Shown here in pieces: positions 9,173 through 19,164 of a DNA stretch of 64,000 nt. The number at the start of each line of letters is the position of its first letter. The first letter of the stretch is position 1. The notes under the pieces are model-generated. The model did not search any database. It had not been told where the DNA came from and worked only from the letters and a program-made list of their open reading frames with translations. Made by a program: the position numbers and the translations under genes. Where the stretch lies: assembly GCA_034521815.1 (NCBI GenBank), contig JAXHLW010000013.1, positions 640,001-704,000 of the forward strand, written 5' to 3'. This DNA comes from Trueperaceae bacterium (GTDB lineage Bacteria; Deinococcota; Deinococci; Deinococcales; Trueperaceae).

Positions 9173-10747
9173 ATGAGGTTGAATAGGTTCACCATCGTAC
9201 TCGCAGCACTATCGGTCTTCGGACTGGCCGCAGCCCAGACGCTCGTCTTCGGGAACTCCGGTCAGCCGTCCTCGATGGACTCCGCCGACACGCAAGACGG
9301 CGAGTCCCTCGTCGTCAGCGGTCAGGTCACCGAGACGCTGATCGGCTTCGCGCCCGGCAGCGCCGAGCTCGAGCCGAAGCTGGCCGTCTCCTGGTCGACC
9401 AACGAGGCCGCCGACGTGTGGACGTTCGAGCTCCGCGAGGGCGTCCAGTTCCACGACGGTACGGCGTTCGACGCCGAGGCCGTCAAGTTCAGCTACGACC
9501 GCTGGAACCTGCTGGACCACCCCTACTCGTTCCGTGACGAGGGCAAGAACTACGTGCCCTTCGGCTGGGTCTTCGGCGGACCGCGCGGCGAAGGCGGCAT
9601 CATCGACGAGGTCGTCGCCACCGGCGAGCTCACCGTCGAGTTCCACCTGACGCAGCCCGTGCCGTTCTTCCCGGCCCTGGTCGCGGCCAACTACTTCCAG
9701 ATCGACAGCCCGGCTGCCGTGATGGAAGCCGGCGCCGACTACGGCAGTCCTTCGGTGGGCTCCGTCGGTACCGGTCCGTTCGTGTTCGAAGAGTGGGTCG
9801 AGGGTCAGCGCGTGCGCCTGAGCGCCAACGAGAACTACTGGGGCGGCGCGCCCAGCGTCGACGAGGTCGTGTTCCGGCCGATCCTCGAGCCGACCGCTCG
9901 CCTCGCCGAGCTGCAGGCCGGCGCGATCGACATCGCCGTCAACCTGCCCGCCGACAACCTGCAGACCGTCGAGAACGACGATGGCCTGGTCACCGCCGTC
10001 GCCAACGGCGAGCTGAACGTCGGCTACGTCGGCATCTCGCACGCCGAAGAGCACCCGATGAGCGACGTGCGGGTCCGCCAGGCGATCGCGCACGCGATCG
10101 ATCGCGATGCGATCGTGGACGCGTTCTACACCGGGACCGGCATGGTCGCGGAGGACCACCTGGCCGCCTCGCTGTTCGGTCACGGCATGGACTGGCCGTA
10201 CGAGTACGATCCCGAGCGCGCCATGGAGCTGCTGGCCGAGGCCGGCTACCCTGACGGCTTCGAGACCGAGCTCTGGTACATGCCGGTCAGCCGCCCGTAC
10301 TACCCGGCGCCGCAGCCGATCGCCGAGACGATCGCCAGCTACCTCGCCGACGTCGGCATCCAGGCCGACGTGCTGACCGAGGACTGGACGACCTACCTGG
10401 CCGACTACCGCGAAGGCAAGTTCCCGATGTGGATGCTCGGCTGGAACGCCGACTACGCCGATCCGGACAACTTCCTGCGCACCTTCTTCGGCGCCGACGG
10501 CGCAGCCGCCTACGACTGGGACCGTGACGAGGTCATCGCCATGCTGGACGAGGCCACCCGCGTCGCCGACCAGGACCGCCGTGCAGAGCTGTACGCAAGC
10601 GTGATCGAAGCCGTGGCCGAGCAGGCCGCCTCGATCCCGATGGCGCACAACAACACCCTGCACGCCCACCGCACCAACATCTCCGGTTGGACGCCGAGCC
10701 CGCTCGGCTACAGCTCGGTGTCGCTGGTGCCCGTCACCAAGGAGTAA
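9173..10747 (+). CDS. Peptide ABC transporter substrate-binding protein (DppA-like, SBP family 5)
   Basis: Signal peptide, WTFELREGVQFHDGTAFDAEAVKFS, GTGPF; SD AGGAGG. Confidence 0.93.
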   Translation: MRLNRFTIVLAALSVFGLAAAQTLVFGNSGQPSSMDSADTQDGESLVVSGQVTETLIGFAPGSAELEPKLAVSWSTNEAADVWTFELREGVQFHDGTAFDAEAVKFSYDRWNLLDHPYSFRDEGKNYVPFGWVFGGPRGEGGIIDEVVATGELTVEFHLTQPVPFFPALVAANYFQIDSPAAVMEAGADYGSPSVGSVGTGPFVFEEWVEGQRVRLSANENYWGGAPSVDEVVFRPILEPTARLAELQAGAIDIAVNLPADNLQTVENDDGLVTAVANGELNVGYVGISHAEEHPMSDVRVRQAIAHAIDRDAIVDAFYTGTGMVAEDHLAASLFGHGMDWPYEYDPERAMELLAEAGYPDGFETELWYMPVSRPYYPAPQPIAETIASYLADVGIQADVLTEDWTTYLADYREGKFPMWMLGWNADYADPDNFLRTFFGADGAAAYDWDRDEVIAMLDEATRVADQDRRAELYASVIEAVAEQAASIPMAHNNTLHAHRTNISGWTPSPLGYSSVSLVPVTKE

Positions 10748-10764
10748 GCGACCCTCGCTCGCCA

Positions 10765-10790
10765 CGCCGGACGCCTTCGGGCGTCCGGCG
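10765..10790 (+). terminator. Perfect 11-bp hairpin with cUUCGg tetraloop after the SBP gene (mRNA stabiliser or attenuator)
   Basis: CGCCGGACGCC-TTCG-GGCGTCCGGCG. Confidence 0.7.
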
Positions 10791-10887
10791 ATCTTCGCGA
10801 CCGGGGACCGCTCCGGACCTATTTGGCTGCTCGTATTCGTAGGACCGCCGGCGCCCCACATGGCGCCCGCGGTGGTGGAGGTTTCGC

Positions 10888-11940
10888 TTGACCACCTACG
10901 TGCTGCGTCGCGTCCTGGGACTGATTCCCGTCCTGTTCGGCGTGTCGCTCCTGCTGTTCCTGATCACCCGACTGATTCCCGGCGACCCGGCCGTCGCTCT
11001 GCTCGGCCAGCGCGCCTCACCGGCAGCGCTTCAGCAGCTTCGGATCGACCTGGGACTCACCCTGCCCGTCTGGTTCAACGTCGGGGCGGTGCTCGAGCGC
11101 GGCCCGCTGGCCCTGTTCGACTCCCAGTACTTCAACTACATGGGCGACCTGCTGAGCGGCGACCTCGGCCGCTCGGTGTTCAGCCGCATTCCGGTCACCG
11201 ATAGCCTGCTGGTGCGCTTCCCGGCCACCCTCGAGCTGGCGCTCGCGGCGATGCTGGTGGCGCTGGTCGTCGGCATCCCGGCCGGCGTGTACGCCGCCCT
11301 TCACCGCGGGCGACTTCCGGACACGCTGATCATGACGTTCGCGCTTTCGGGCGTGTCCTTCCCGGTGTTCTGGCTGGCGATCATCCTGATCTACATCTTC
11401 GCCGTGACGCTCGGCTGGCTGCCGCCGTCGTCGCGGATCGGCGTGTCCAGCGACCTGAACGAGATCACCAACCTGTACCTCCTCGACGCGGTGTTGACCA
11501 GGAACTGGAGCGCCTTGTCCGACGTCGCGCGTCACCTGGTGCTGCCGGCGATCGCGTTGGGCACCATCCCGCTGGCGATCGTGGTGCGGATGACGCGCTC
11601 GACGATGCTCGAGGTGCTCAGCCAGGACTACGTGCGGACCGCGCGCAGCAAGGGCGTGGGCGAGCGCGAGGTCGTCATCAAGCACGCGCTCCGCAACGCG
11701 ATGCTGCCGGTGATCACCGTCATCGGGCTCAGCTTCGGCACCCTTCTCTCCGGCGCGATCCTGACCGAGACGGTGTTCAGCTGGCCCGGGATCGGCCGCT
11801 GGATCTACGACGCCATCGGCTCGCGCGACTACCCGATCATTCAGGGCGGCGTGCTGTTCATCGCGGTCACCTTCGCCATCGTCAACCTGCTGGTCGACCT
11901 GTCCTACGCGCTGATCGATCCGCGCATCCAGTACACGTGA
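10888..11940 (+). CDS. Peptide ABC permease (DppB-like)
   Basis: RLIPGDPA, RFPATLELA, EAA loop DYVRTARSKG, DPRI C-terminus; TTG start after GGAGG. Confidence 0.93.
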   Translation: MTTYVLRRVLGLIPVLFGVSLLLFLITRLIPGDPAVALLGQRASPAALQQLRIDLGLTLPVWFNVGAVLERGPLALFDSQYFNYMGDLLSGDLGRSVFSRIPVTDSLLVRFPATLELALAAMLVALVVGIPAGVYAALHRGRLPDTLIMTFALSGVSFPVFWLAIILIYIFAVTLGWLPPSSRIGVSSDLNEITNLYLLDAVLTRNWSALSDVARHLVLPAIALGTIPLAIVVRMTRSTMLEVLSQDYVRTARSKGVGEREVVIKHALRNAMLPVITVIGLSFGTLLSGAILTETVFSWPGIGRWIYDAIGSRDYPIIQGGVLFIAVTFAIVNLLVDLSYALIDPRIQYT

Positions 11941-11950
11941 GGAGTCGGCC

Positions 11951-12839
11951 GTGAGCACATCCGATGCGGCCCCGCGGCGGGCACGCCTGTTCGGCGAAAG
12001 CGTCCTGGGCGACCAGCTGCGCAAGTTCTTCCGCCACACCACCGGCGTGACCGGGCTGATCATCGTCGGCGCGTTCGTGTTGATCTCGCTGCTCGCGCCC
12101 GTGCTGGCGCCCTACGACGCCAGCCGTGACCGCGACCTGCGCGCGCGACTCAACCCGCCCTCGGCCGAGCACCTGTTCGGCACCGACGAGCTGGGTCGCG
12201 ACCAGCTGATCCGCGTCTGGCACGGTGGCCGCATCAGTCTCCGCGTCGGACTCGCCGCCGTCGCCATGGCGGTCGTGGTCGGCTCGATCCTGGGCCTGAT
12301 CGCCGGCTACGTCGGCGGCTGGATCGACACGCTGATCATGTGGGTGATCGACATCTTGCTGGCGTTCCCGGGGATTCTGCTGGCGATCGCGATCGTGGCG
12401 ACATTGGGGCCCAACCTCACCAACGCGCTGATCGCGATCAGCGTCACCCAGGTCCCGATCTATGCGCGGATCATCCGCTCCGTGGTGCTGTCGCTGCGTG
12501 AATCGGAGTACGTCCAGGCGGCCCGGGCGCTCGGGCGCCAACCCGTTTCGGATCGTGCTTCGGCATCTGCTGCCGAACAGCCTCAGTCCGATCATCGTGC
12601 AGCTCACGCTGTCGATCGGCATCGCGATCCTGGACGTGGCGGCGCTGGGCTTCCTGGGCCTGGGCGCGCAGCCGCCCGCACCGGAGTGGGGCCTGATGAT
12701 TCGAGACGGCTTCTCGCAGTTCCTGCGAGCGCCGTGGATGTCGATCTTCCCGGGCATCGCCATCTTCCTCTCCGTGATCGGCTTCAACCTGCTGGGCGAC
12801 GCGATTCGCGACGTGCTGGATCCACGCCTGGCGGAGTAG
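11951..12839 (+). pseudogene. Peptide ABC permease (DppC-like) with a +1 frameshift at about 12533 (or a sequencing error)
   Basis: N-half FGTDELGRD...EYVQAARALG continues in another frame as GANPFRIVLRHLLPN...EWG...DVLDPRLAE; CTCGGGCGCC has one extra G. Confidence 0.85.
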
Positions 12840-13023
12840 CCGAACCGGTTCGCCGACATCCGAACCAGGAGCGTCCGCGAGGGCGCTCCTCGTCTCGTGA
12901 CGCCGCCGCCGGTGCACCGCGAAGCGCGCCGTGCGCCCTGAAACCGTGTGCTAGCCTTTCGCGAAGGGACGGGACGCCTGCGCCGCTCGGCCGGGACGTT
13001 CCGCCCTGATCCCCGGAGGTCCT

Positions 13024-14589
13024 ATGAAGCGTTTCATCCTTTTCGTCGCTCTCCTCGCGCTGCTGGGCACAGGCGCCGCGCAGACGTTGGCGTACGGCCT
13101 GTCCGGCCTGCCTGCGTCCATGGACGCCGCCGACTCGCAAGACGGCAACTCGCTCACCGTCTCGGCCTCCGTGACCGAGACGCTGGTCGGCTTCGTGCCC
13201 GGCTCGACCGAGCTGGCGCCCAAGCTGGCGACCGCGTGGGAGCCCAACGACGACGCCACCTCGTGGACGTTCGAGCTTCGCGAAGGCGTCACCTTCCACG
13301 ACGGCACGCCGTTCGACGCCGACGCGGTCAAGTTCAACTTCGACCGCTGGAACATCGTCGATCACCCGTACGGCTTCCGTGACCAGGGCAAGAACTACGT
13401 GCCGTTCGAGTGGGTGTTCGGCGCGCCCGCCTCCGAGGGAGGCATCCTGGACTCCGTCCACGTCGTGGACACGCACACCGTTCGCTTCGACATGACGCAG
13501 CCGACGCCGTTCCTGCCGTCCCTGCTGGCCGCGGTCTACTTCCAGATGAACAGCCCCGCCGCCGTCATGGAGGCCGGTGCCGACTACGGCACGCCCGGCG
13601 TGGGCAGCGTCGGCACGGGCCCGTTCGTGTTCGACGAATGGCGTGAAGGCCAGCAGATCCGGGTGGATCGCAACGACGACTACTGGAACGGTCCCGCCCA
13701 GGTCGAGACGGTCGTGTTCCGCGGCATCGCCGAGTCCACCTCCCGTCTGGCCGAGCTCCAGGCCGGCAGCATCGACATCGCCGTCGACCTGGCCCCGGAC
13801 GAGTTCTCCAGCGTCGCTTCCAACCCTGACCTGACCGCCGAAATCGCCGACAGCGACCTGAACGTCGGCTACCTCGCGATGCACCAGGCGAACGAGCCGT
13901 TCGACGATCTCCGCGTCCGCCAGGCGATCGCGCACGCGATCGACCGCGAAGCGATCGTCGACGCCTTCTACGGCGGCCTGGCCGTCACCGCCGAGGACCA
14001 TATTCCCCCCGGCTTCTTCGGGCACGGCATGGACTGGCCGTACGACTACGATCCCGAGCGCGCGATGGAGCTGCTGGCCGAGGCCGGCTACGCAGGCGGC
14101 TTCGAGACCGAGCTCTGGTACATGCCGGTCAGCCGCCCGTACTACCCGTCTCCGCAGCCGATCGCCGAGGCGATGGCCAGCTACCTGGCCGACGTCGGGA
14201 TCACGGCGGAGCTTCTCACCGAAGACTGGACGACCTACCTGTCGGACTACAACACCGGCGCGTTTCCGATGTACATGCTGGGCTGGTACGGCGACATCCC
14301 CGATCCGGACAACTTCCTGAACACGTTCTTCGGCGGGACGGCTCCCGACGAGTTCGGCTGGGACGCCCCCGAGGTGCGCGAGGCGCTGAACGAGGCGCGG
14401 CAGATCGTCGACCTCGACCAGCGGGCCGAGCTGTACGCGCAGGTGAACGACGCCGTCGCGCGCCAGGCCGTCTCGATCCCGATGGGGCACAACCGCACGC
14501 TCAACGCGGTCCGTGCCGGCATCGACGGCTACGTGGCCAGCCCGCTGGGCTACAGCGCGGTGTCGCTGCACTCCGTCACCAAGAACTGA
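13024..14589 (+). CDS. Second DppA-like substrate-binding protein, paralog of 9173-10747
   Basis: Shared blocks such as DQGKNYVPF, HGMDWPY and ELWYMPVSRPYYP; SD GGAGG. Confidence 0.93.
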   Translation: MKRFILFVALLALLGTGAAQTLAYGLSGLPASMDAADSQDGNSLTVSASVTETLVGFVPGSTELAPKLATAWEPNDDATSWTFELREGVTFHDGTPFDADAVKFNFDRWNIVDHPYGFRDQGKNYVPFEWVFGAPASEGGILDSVHVVDTHTVRFDMTQPTPFLPSLLAAVYFQMNSPAAVMEAGADYGTPGVGSVGTGPFVFDEWREGQQIRVDRNDDYWNGPAQVETVVFRGIAESTSRLAELQAGSIDIAVDLAPDEFSSVASNPDLTAEIADSDLNVGYLAMHQANEPFDDLRVRQAIAHAIDREAIVDAFYGGLAVTAEDHIPPGFFGHGMDWPYDYDPERAMELLAEAGYAGGFETELWYMPVSRPYYPSPQPIAEAMASYLADVGITAELLTEDWTTYLSDYNTGAFPMYMLGWYGDIPDPDNFLNTFFGGTAPDEFGWDAPEVREALNEARQIVDLDQRAELYAQVNDAVARQAVSIPMGHNRTLNAVRAGIDGYVASPLGYSAVSLHSVTKN

Positions 14590-14603
14590 CCCGACCGCAC
14601 TCC

Positions 14604-14630
14604 CCGGTCGGCGCGCGAGGCGCCGATGGG
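14604..14630. terminator. GC hairpin between convergent genes
   Basis: TCGGCGC-GCGAG-GCGCCGA. Confidence 0.45.
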
Positions 14631-14655
14631 CGCGATCCCCGCCCCGTGGCTTCGG

Positions 14656-15274
14656 CTACGGGGCGGTGTCGCGCCGGTCGTCTCGAAGGTCGTTGCGCGC
14701 GACCTGGTCACGCTGCGCCATCCGCGCCAAGCGCCGGCGCACTTCGGGGCGCACCTTGTTCATCCCCCAGAGGATCGGGATCATCACCAGCGCCACCAGG
14801 ATCAGCGCCGCATCGTTCACCAGCAGCACCTCGCCCGCCCAGGCGGCCACCACCAGCCACGGAAGCCGCGCAGCCATCGCCGTCAGCCACAGCGAGCGCG
14901 CCGACAACGACGACAGGCCGGCCGCCATCACCGCGATGTCCAGGTTCAACACCAGGAAGATCACGAACCACATCCACAAGCGAGCGGACCCCGAGCAGCG
15001 CCTCCCACTCGTTCCAGACCCGCTCGGGAACGATCCGCCGAATGGCGCGCCGCCCAAGCTGCCGTGCGATCGTCAACGCCAGACCCGCACCCAGCGCCAT
15101 GCCCACGAGGCCGTACAGGATCGCGGGGACGGTGCCGAACGCCGTGCCGCCCAGCGCCGCGATCAGGGGCGTCGGGATGATCGGCACGAGGGCCGCGAGC
15201 AGGAATCCGGCGACGTACCAAGCCGGCGCCAGCCAGCCTTGCGACGTGATCAGCGTGGTCAAGCCCTCGATCAT
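14656..15274 (-). pseudogene. TVP38/TMEM64 (DedA/VTT-domain) membrane protein with a +1 frameshift at about 14978 (or a sequencing error)
   Basis: MIEGLTT...VPIIPTPLIAALGGTAFG...ARQLGR...LGVRSL continues in another frame as WMWFVIFLVLNLDIAVMAAGLS; TCGCTTGTGG has one extra T. Confidence 0.8.
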
Positions 15275-15349
15275 GGGAGCCAATGTACCCCCGTCGGCTG
15301 AGACGGTCGTGATGGTGACGTCCCGCCTCGGACCGGTATCCTGGCGTCC

Positions 15350-16345
15350 ATGGAGTCGCTTCCCCCGCTGCGTCTGCGCCCCGCGTTCCACCGTCGCCTC
15401 TGGGGAGGCGATACCCTCCCCGCCTGGCTGAACGAGGTGGCGCCGCCCGGCGACGATCAGGACGAGCCGGTCGGCGAGGCGTGGATCGCGAACGGCGACA
15501 GCGTGATCGTCGACGGTCCGTTCGACGGCCTGCGCCTGGCCGAGCTGATCACGCGCTACGGGCCCGCCGTCGTCGGGGAGGCCTCGGTCGCGCGCTACGG
15601 CGAGGTGATGCCGCTGCTGGCGAAGTTCTTGGACGCCGCTGCGGACCTGTCGGTGCAAGTCCATCCGGACGACGCCTACGCGGCGCGTCGCCATCCGGGC
15701 AGCGGGCACCTGGGCAAGACCGAGAGCTGGCGCGTCCAGCAGGTCGCGTCCGGCGCATCGATCGTGTGGGGCTTCGAGAGGCCGGTGACGGAGGAACAGG
15801 TGAGGCGCGCGCTCCAGGACGGGACGATCGCCGACCTGCTCCGCACCGTTCCGGTCCGGACGGGCGACGTGGTGCACAATCCCGCCGGAACGGTGCACGC
15901 CGTCGGCGCCGGCGTGCGGCTGTACGAGCTGCAGCAGGCCTCCGACCTCACCTACCGCCTCTGGGATCACGACCGACGTGGCGCCGACGGCCGGCCACGC
16001 GAGCTTCACGTCGAGGACGCGCTGGCGGTGGCGGACCTGAGCGGGCGCGGCGACCCGCTGCCCGCCCCGCGGCCCGGGCCGGACGGCTGGACGGTGCGCG
16101 TCGACTGCCCCTTCTACCGGCTCGAAGAGGCCACCACCGACGGCACGGCCAGCGGGCGCACCGATCCGGTCGCCATGCACGTCGTCACGGTGCTGAACGG
16201 CACGTTCGAGCTCGAGGCCGGCGTGGGCGCCCGGATCCACCTGGCCGAGGGCGCCACCGCCGTGGTCCCCGCCGCCACCGGTCCGTACGGGCTCACGGGC
16301 CGCGGCACCGTCGTGCGTGGACGGCCGGTGCCGGACCGGCGCTGA
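15350..16345 (+). CDS. manA: Type I mannose-6-phosphate isomerase
   Basis: RRLWGG, GEAW, LLAKFLDAAADLSVQVHP, GKTESW, GTVHA, ELQQASDLTYRLWD. Confidence 0.9.
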   Translation: MESLPPLRLRPAFHRRLWGGDTLPAWLNEVAPPGDDQDEPVGEAWIANGDSVIVDGPFDGLRLAELITRYGPAVVGEASVARYGEVMPLLAKFLDAAADLSVQVHPDDAYAARRHPGSGHLGKTESWRVQQVASGASIVWGFERPVTEEQVRRALQDGTIADLLRTVPVRTGDVVHNPAGTVHAVGAGVRLYELQQASDLTYRLWDHDRRGADGRPRELHVEDALAVADLSGRGDPLPAPRPGPDGWTVRVDCPFYRLEEATTDGTASGRTDPVAMHVVTVLNGTFELEAGVGARIHLAEGATAVVPAATGPYGLTGRGTVVRGRPVPDRR

Positions 16346-16394
16346 GCGCGCTCGACGACCGGGACGACGGCGACGACGGGGTAGCCTGCCGGGC

Positions 16395-18272
16395 GTGGAT
16401 CGTCCCTCTCGCCCGACCTCTCGTCCGACCTCACGCCCGACCCCGACCTCGCCTACTGCGGCCAGCGCGACGGATGCCGACCGCCCCGCCGCGGAGAGCG
16501 CTGCGCAGGCGCTGTGGCGTCTGTTGCGCCCCTACCGCGTTCGGCTGATCGGCCTCTCGGCGTTGATCGCCCTCTCGTCGGGCGTGACCCAGCTGGCGCC
16601 GCAGTTCGTGCGCTACGTGTTCGACGTGGTGATCCCGCGCGGCGAAGCCCGTCTGTTCCTCCTCACCGGCGTCGCCATGGTGCTGTTCTTCCTGGTGTCC
16701 GAAGCGCTGCGCTACGCGGGAATGCTGCTCAGCTTCGCGTTCACGCAGCACGTGGTGAACGAGACGCGTCGCGCCGCCTACGGTCGCTTGCTGGCCCTGC
16801 CGCTGGCGCGCTTCACCCGCGAACGCTCCGGCAGCCTGGTCTCGCGCGTCGTCTCGGACGTGAACGCGCTCGAGGCGATGATCCAGGCGGGCGCCAGCCG
16901 CATGGTGGGGCAGGCGTTCTCGATCGTCGTGGTGCTGATCATCCTGTTCGCGATGGACGTGCGGCTGGCGCTGGTGTCGGTCGCGATCGTGGTGATCATG
17001 GGGTTCTTCACCGTGCGGTTCCAGGAGCCTCTGCGGCGCCTGGCGCGTCGGATCCGCGGCCGGGTGGGCGAGATGACGGCCGTGGCCAGCGAGGCGGTGC
17101 AGAACGTCGCGGTCGTCAAGGCGTTCTCGGCCGAGGACGTCGAATGGGAGCGGTTCCGGTCGGAGTCGGACGCCTACCGTGACCTGAACCTGGCGCGCCG
17201 CAAGGAGGTCGGCAAGATGCAGGCCGCGATCGGGCTGACCAGCGAGTGGGGCGTCGCGGCGTTGGTGCTGGGCGGCGGCTGGCTGCTGGTCCAGGGCGGA
17301 GGGGACGTCGGCGGCCTGACGGTGGGGACGCTCACGGCGTTCGTGCTGTACCTGAACAACCTGATCAACCCCGTCCGGTTCGTGCTGAACTTCAACAACG
17401 TGCTGCAGTCCGGCGTCGCCGCGCTGGAGCGGATCGACGCCCTGCTGGCCGACGCGCCCGAGCCGTACGAGCGCGGCGAGCCGTTCGAGCCGGGCGAGAT
17501 CCGCTTCGAGGCGGTCCGCTTCGGCTACCCGGAAGCGGAGGCGGAGGCGCTCCGTGGCCTGGACCTCGCCGTTCCGGCCGGGACCACCGCGGCGCTGGTC
17601 GGGCCGTCGGGAGCGGGGAAGAGCACCGTGACGCGACTGTTGGGGCGGCTGTACGAGCCGGACGGTGGCACGATCCGCATCGGGGGCCGGCCGATCGCCG
17701 AGATGTCGCTGTCGTCGCTTCGCCGCGCCGTCGCGATCGTGCCGCAGGAGCCGACGCTGTTCTCCGGGTCGGTCGCCGACAACGTCCGCTACGGCCGTCC
17801 CGACGCCGATCGGGCCGAGGTCGAGGAGGCGATCCGCCTGGCCAACGCCGAGGCGTTCGTCGCCGCGCTGCCACGCGGCATCGACACCGAGATCGGCGAG
17901 CGCGGCGTGAAGCTCTCGGGCGGCCAGAAGCAACGGATCGCCATCGCACGGGCGCTGCTCAAGGGCGCCTCGATCCTCGTCCTGGACGAGGCGACCAGCA
18001 GCCTGGACAGCGAGTCCGAGGCGTTGATCCAGGACGCGCTCGAAGGGGTGCTGGGCCGCCGCGACGAGCTGACCACGCTGGTGATCGCGCACCGGCTGTC
18101 GACCATCCAGAGCGCCGACCGGATCCACGTGCTGGACGACGGGATGCGGGTCGAAGCGGGCCGGCACGACGAGCTGCTGGAGCGAGGAGGGCTGTACGCC
18201 CACCTGCACGCGCTTCAGGCCGGCGACGGCGCCGCCCGGCCCAGCTCCGCTCTCCGCGGAGCGGCACGATGA
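16395..18272 (+). CDS. ABC exporter, fused permease/ATP-binding (MsbA/MdlB-like)
   Basis: Six TM segments, then GPSGAGKS, LSGGQKQRIAIARA, LDEATSSLD, IAHRLST; GTG 16395 follows a TAGCCT -10. Confidence 0.93.
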   Translation: MDRPSRPTSRPTSRPTPTSPTAASATDADRPAAESAAQALWRLLRPYRVRLIGLSALIALSSGVTQLAPQFVRYVFDVVIPRGEARLFLLTGVAMVLFFLVSEALRYAGMLLSFAFTQHVVNETRRAAYGRLLALPLARFTRERSGSLVSRVVSDVNALEAMIQAGASRMVGQAFSIVVVLIILFAMDVRLALVSVAIVVIMGFFTVRFQEPLRRLARRIRGRVGEMTAVASEAVQNVAVVKAFSAEDVEWERFRSESDAYRDLNLARRKEVGKMQAAIGLTSEWGVAALVLGGGWLLVQGGGDVGGLTVGTLTAFVLYLNNLINPVRFVLNFNNVLQSGVAALERIDALLADAPEPYERGEPFEPGEIRFEAVRFGYPEAEAEALRGLDLAVPAGTTAALVGPSGAGKSTVTRLLGRLYEPDGGTIRIGGRPIAEMSLSSLRRAVAIVPQEPTLFSGSVADNVRYGRPDADRAEVEEAIRLANAEAFVAALPRGIDTEIGERGVKLSGGQKQRIAIARALLKGASILVLDEATSSLDSESEALIQDALEGVLGRRDELTTLVIAHRLSTIQSADRIHVLDDGMRVEAGRHDELLERGGLYAHLHALQAGDGAARPSSALRGAAR

Positions 18273-19129
18273 GCGAGAAGAAGCGGCCGACGGCCCGTGG
18301 CTCGGCAGGGCGCCGCGGAGCGTCGCCTCGTCGGCGTGCATCGCGCACCAAGACGAGCGGCACGAGGTCCACGTCCGGCCTGCGCCGGGGGCTGCGCTGG
18401 ACCCTCGTTCTGGCGCTGGCCGTCGCCGCCGGCTGGCTGGGCGGCGTCGCGATCCCCGGTCCGCTGCGGCCGTCCGCCGACGCGGCCGTGCCCGGCGTGC
18501 CGCCGACCCTGGTCCGCATAGGCGCTTACCAGGGGAACGGCGGCGGGGTCGAGGTGGCGCCCGTCGACGGTGGCGCGGACGTCCTGCTGATCATCTACCC
18601 GGGCGGCCTGGTGCGTCCGCACGCCTACACCTGGATCGGGGTGGCGCTGGCGCCGGTCGGTGTCCGCACCTTGGTGCCCACCATGCCGCTGGACCTCGCG
18701 GTGCTGGGCCGAGACCGGGCCGCTGCGCTCATCCGGGACCGTCGCGACGGCGAGGCGTCGGTCGTGGTCGCCGGGCATTCGCTGGGCGGGGCGATGGCGG
18801 CGTCGTGGGCGGCGCGCCACGAAGGCGTGGTGGACGGACTGATCCTGATGGGCGCCTACCCGGCGTCGGGCGACGACCTGAGCGGACGCGACCTGCCGAC
18901 GCTGGTGCTGGCGGCGGAGCACGACGGCCTGGCGACGCTCCCGGAGGTGCGGGACGGCATGGACCGGCTCCCCGGCCGAGCCGGGATCGAGGTCATCGGC
19001 GGGGCGGTGCACGCCTTCTTCGGCCGGTACGGACCGCAGCGAGGCGACGGCCTGCCGACCGTCCCGCGTGCCGACGCCGAGGCCGAGATCGCCGGCGCGT
19101 TCGAGGCGTTCCTGATGGGGGTTCGGTAA
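18269..19129 (+). CDS. Membrane-anchored alpha/beta hydrolase
   Basis: N-terminal TM, IIYPGG, nucleophile motif GHSLGG, HAFFGRYGPQRGD; ATGA overlap with upstream gene. Confidence 0.88.
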   Translation: MSEKKRPTARGSAGRRGASPRRRASRTKTSGTRSTSGLRRGLRWTLVLALAVAAGWLGGVAIPGPLRPSADAAVPGVPPTLVRIGAYQGNGGGVEVAPVDGGADVLLIIYPGGLVRPHAYTWIGVALAPVGVRTLVPTMPLDLAVLGRDRAAALIRDRRDGEASVVVAGHSLGGAMAASWAARHEGVVDGLILMGAYPASGDDLSGRDLPTLVLAAEHDGLATLPEVRDGMDRLPGRAGIEVIGGAVHAFFGRYGPQRGDGLPTVPRADAEAEIAGAFEAFLMGVR

Positions 19130-19164
19130 GCGACGGGGTGCGCTCGTGGACCTGCGGGGCTGGC

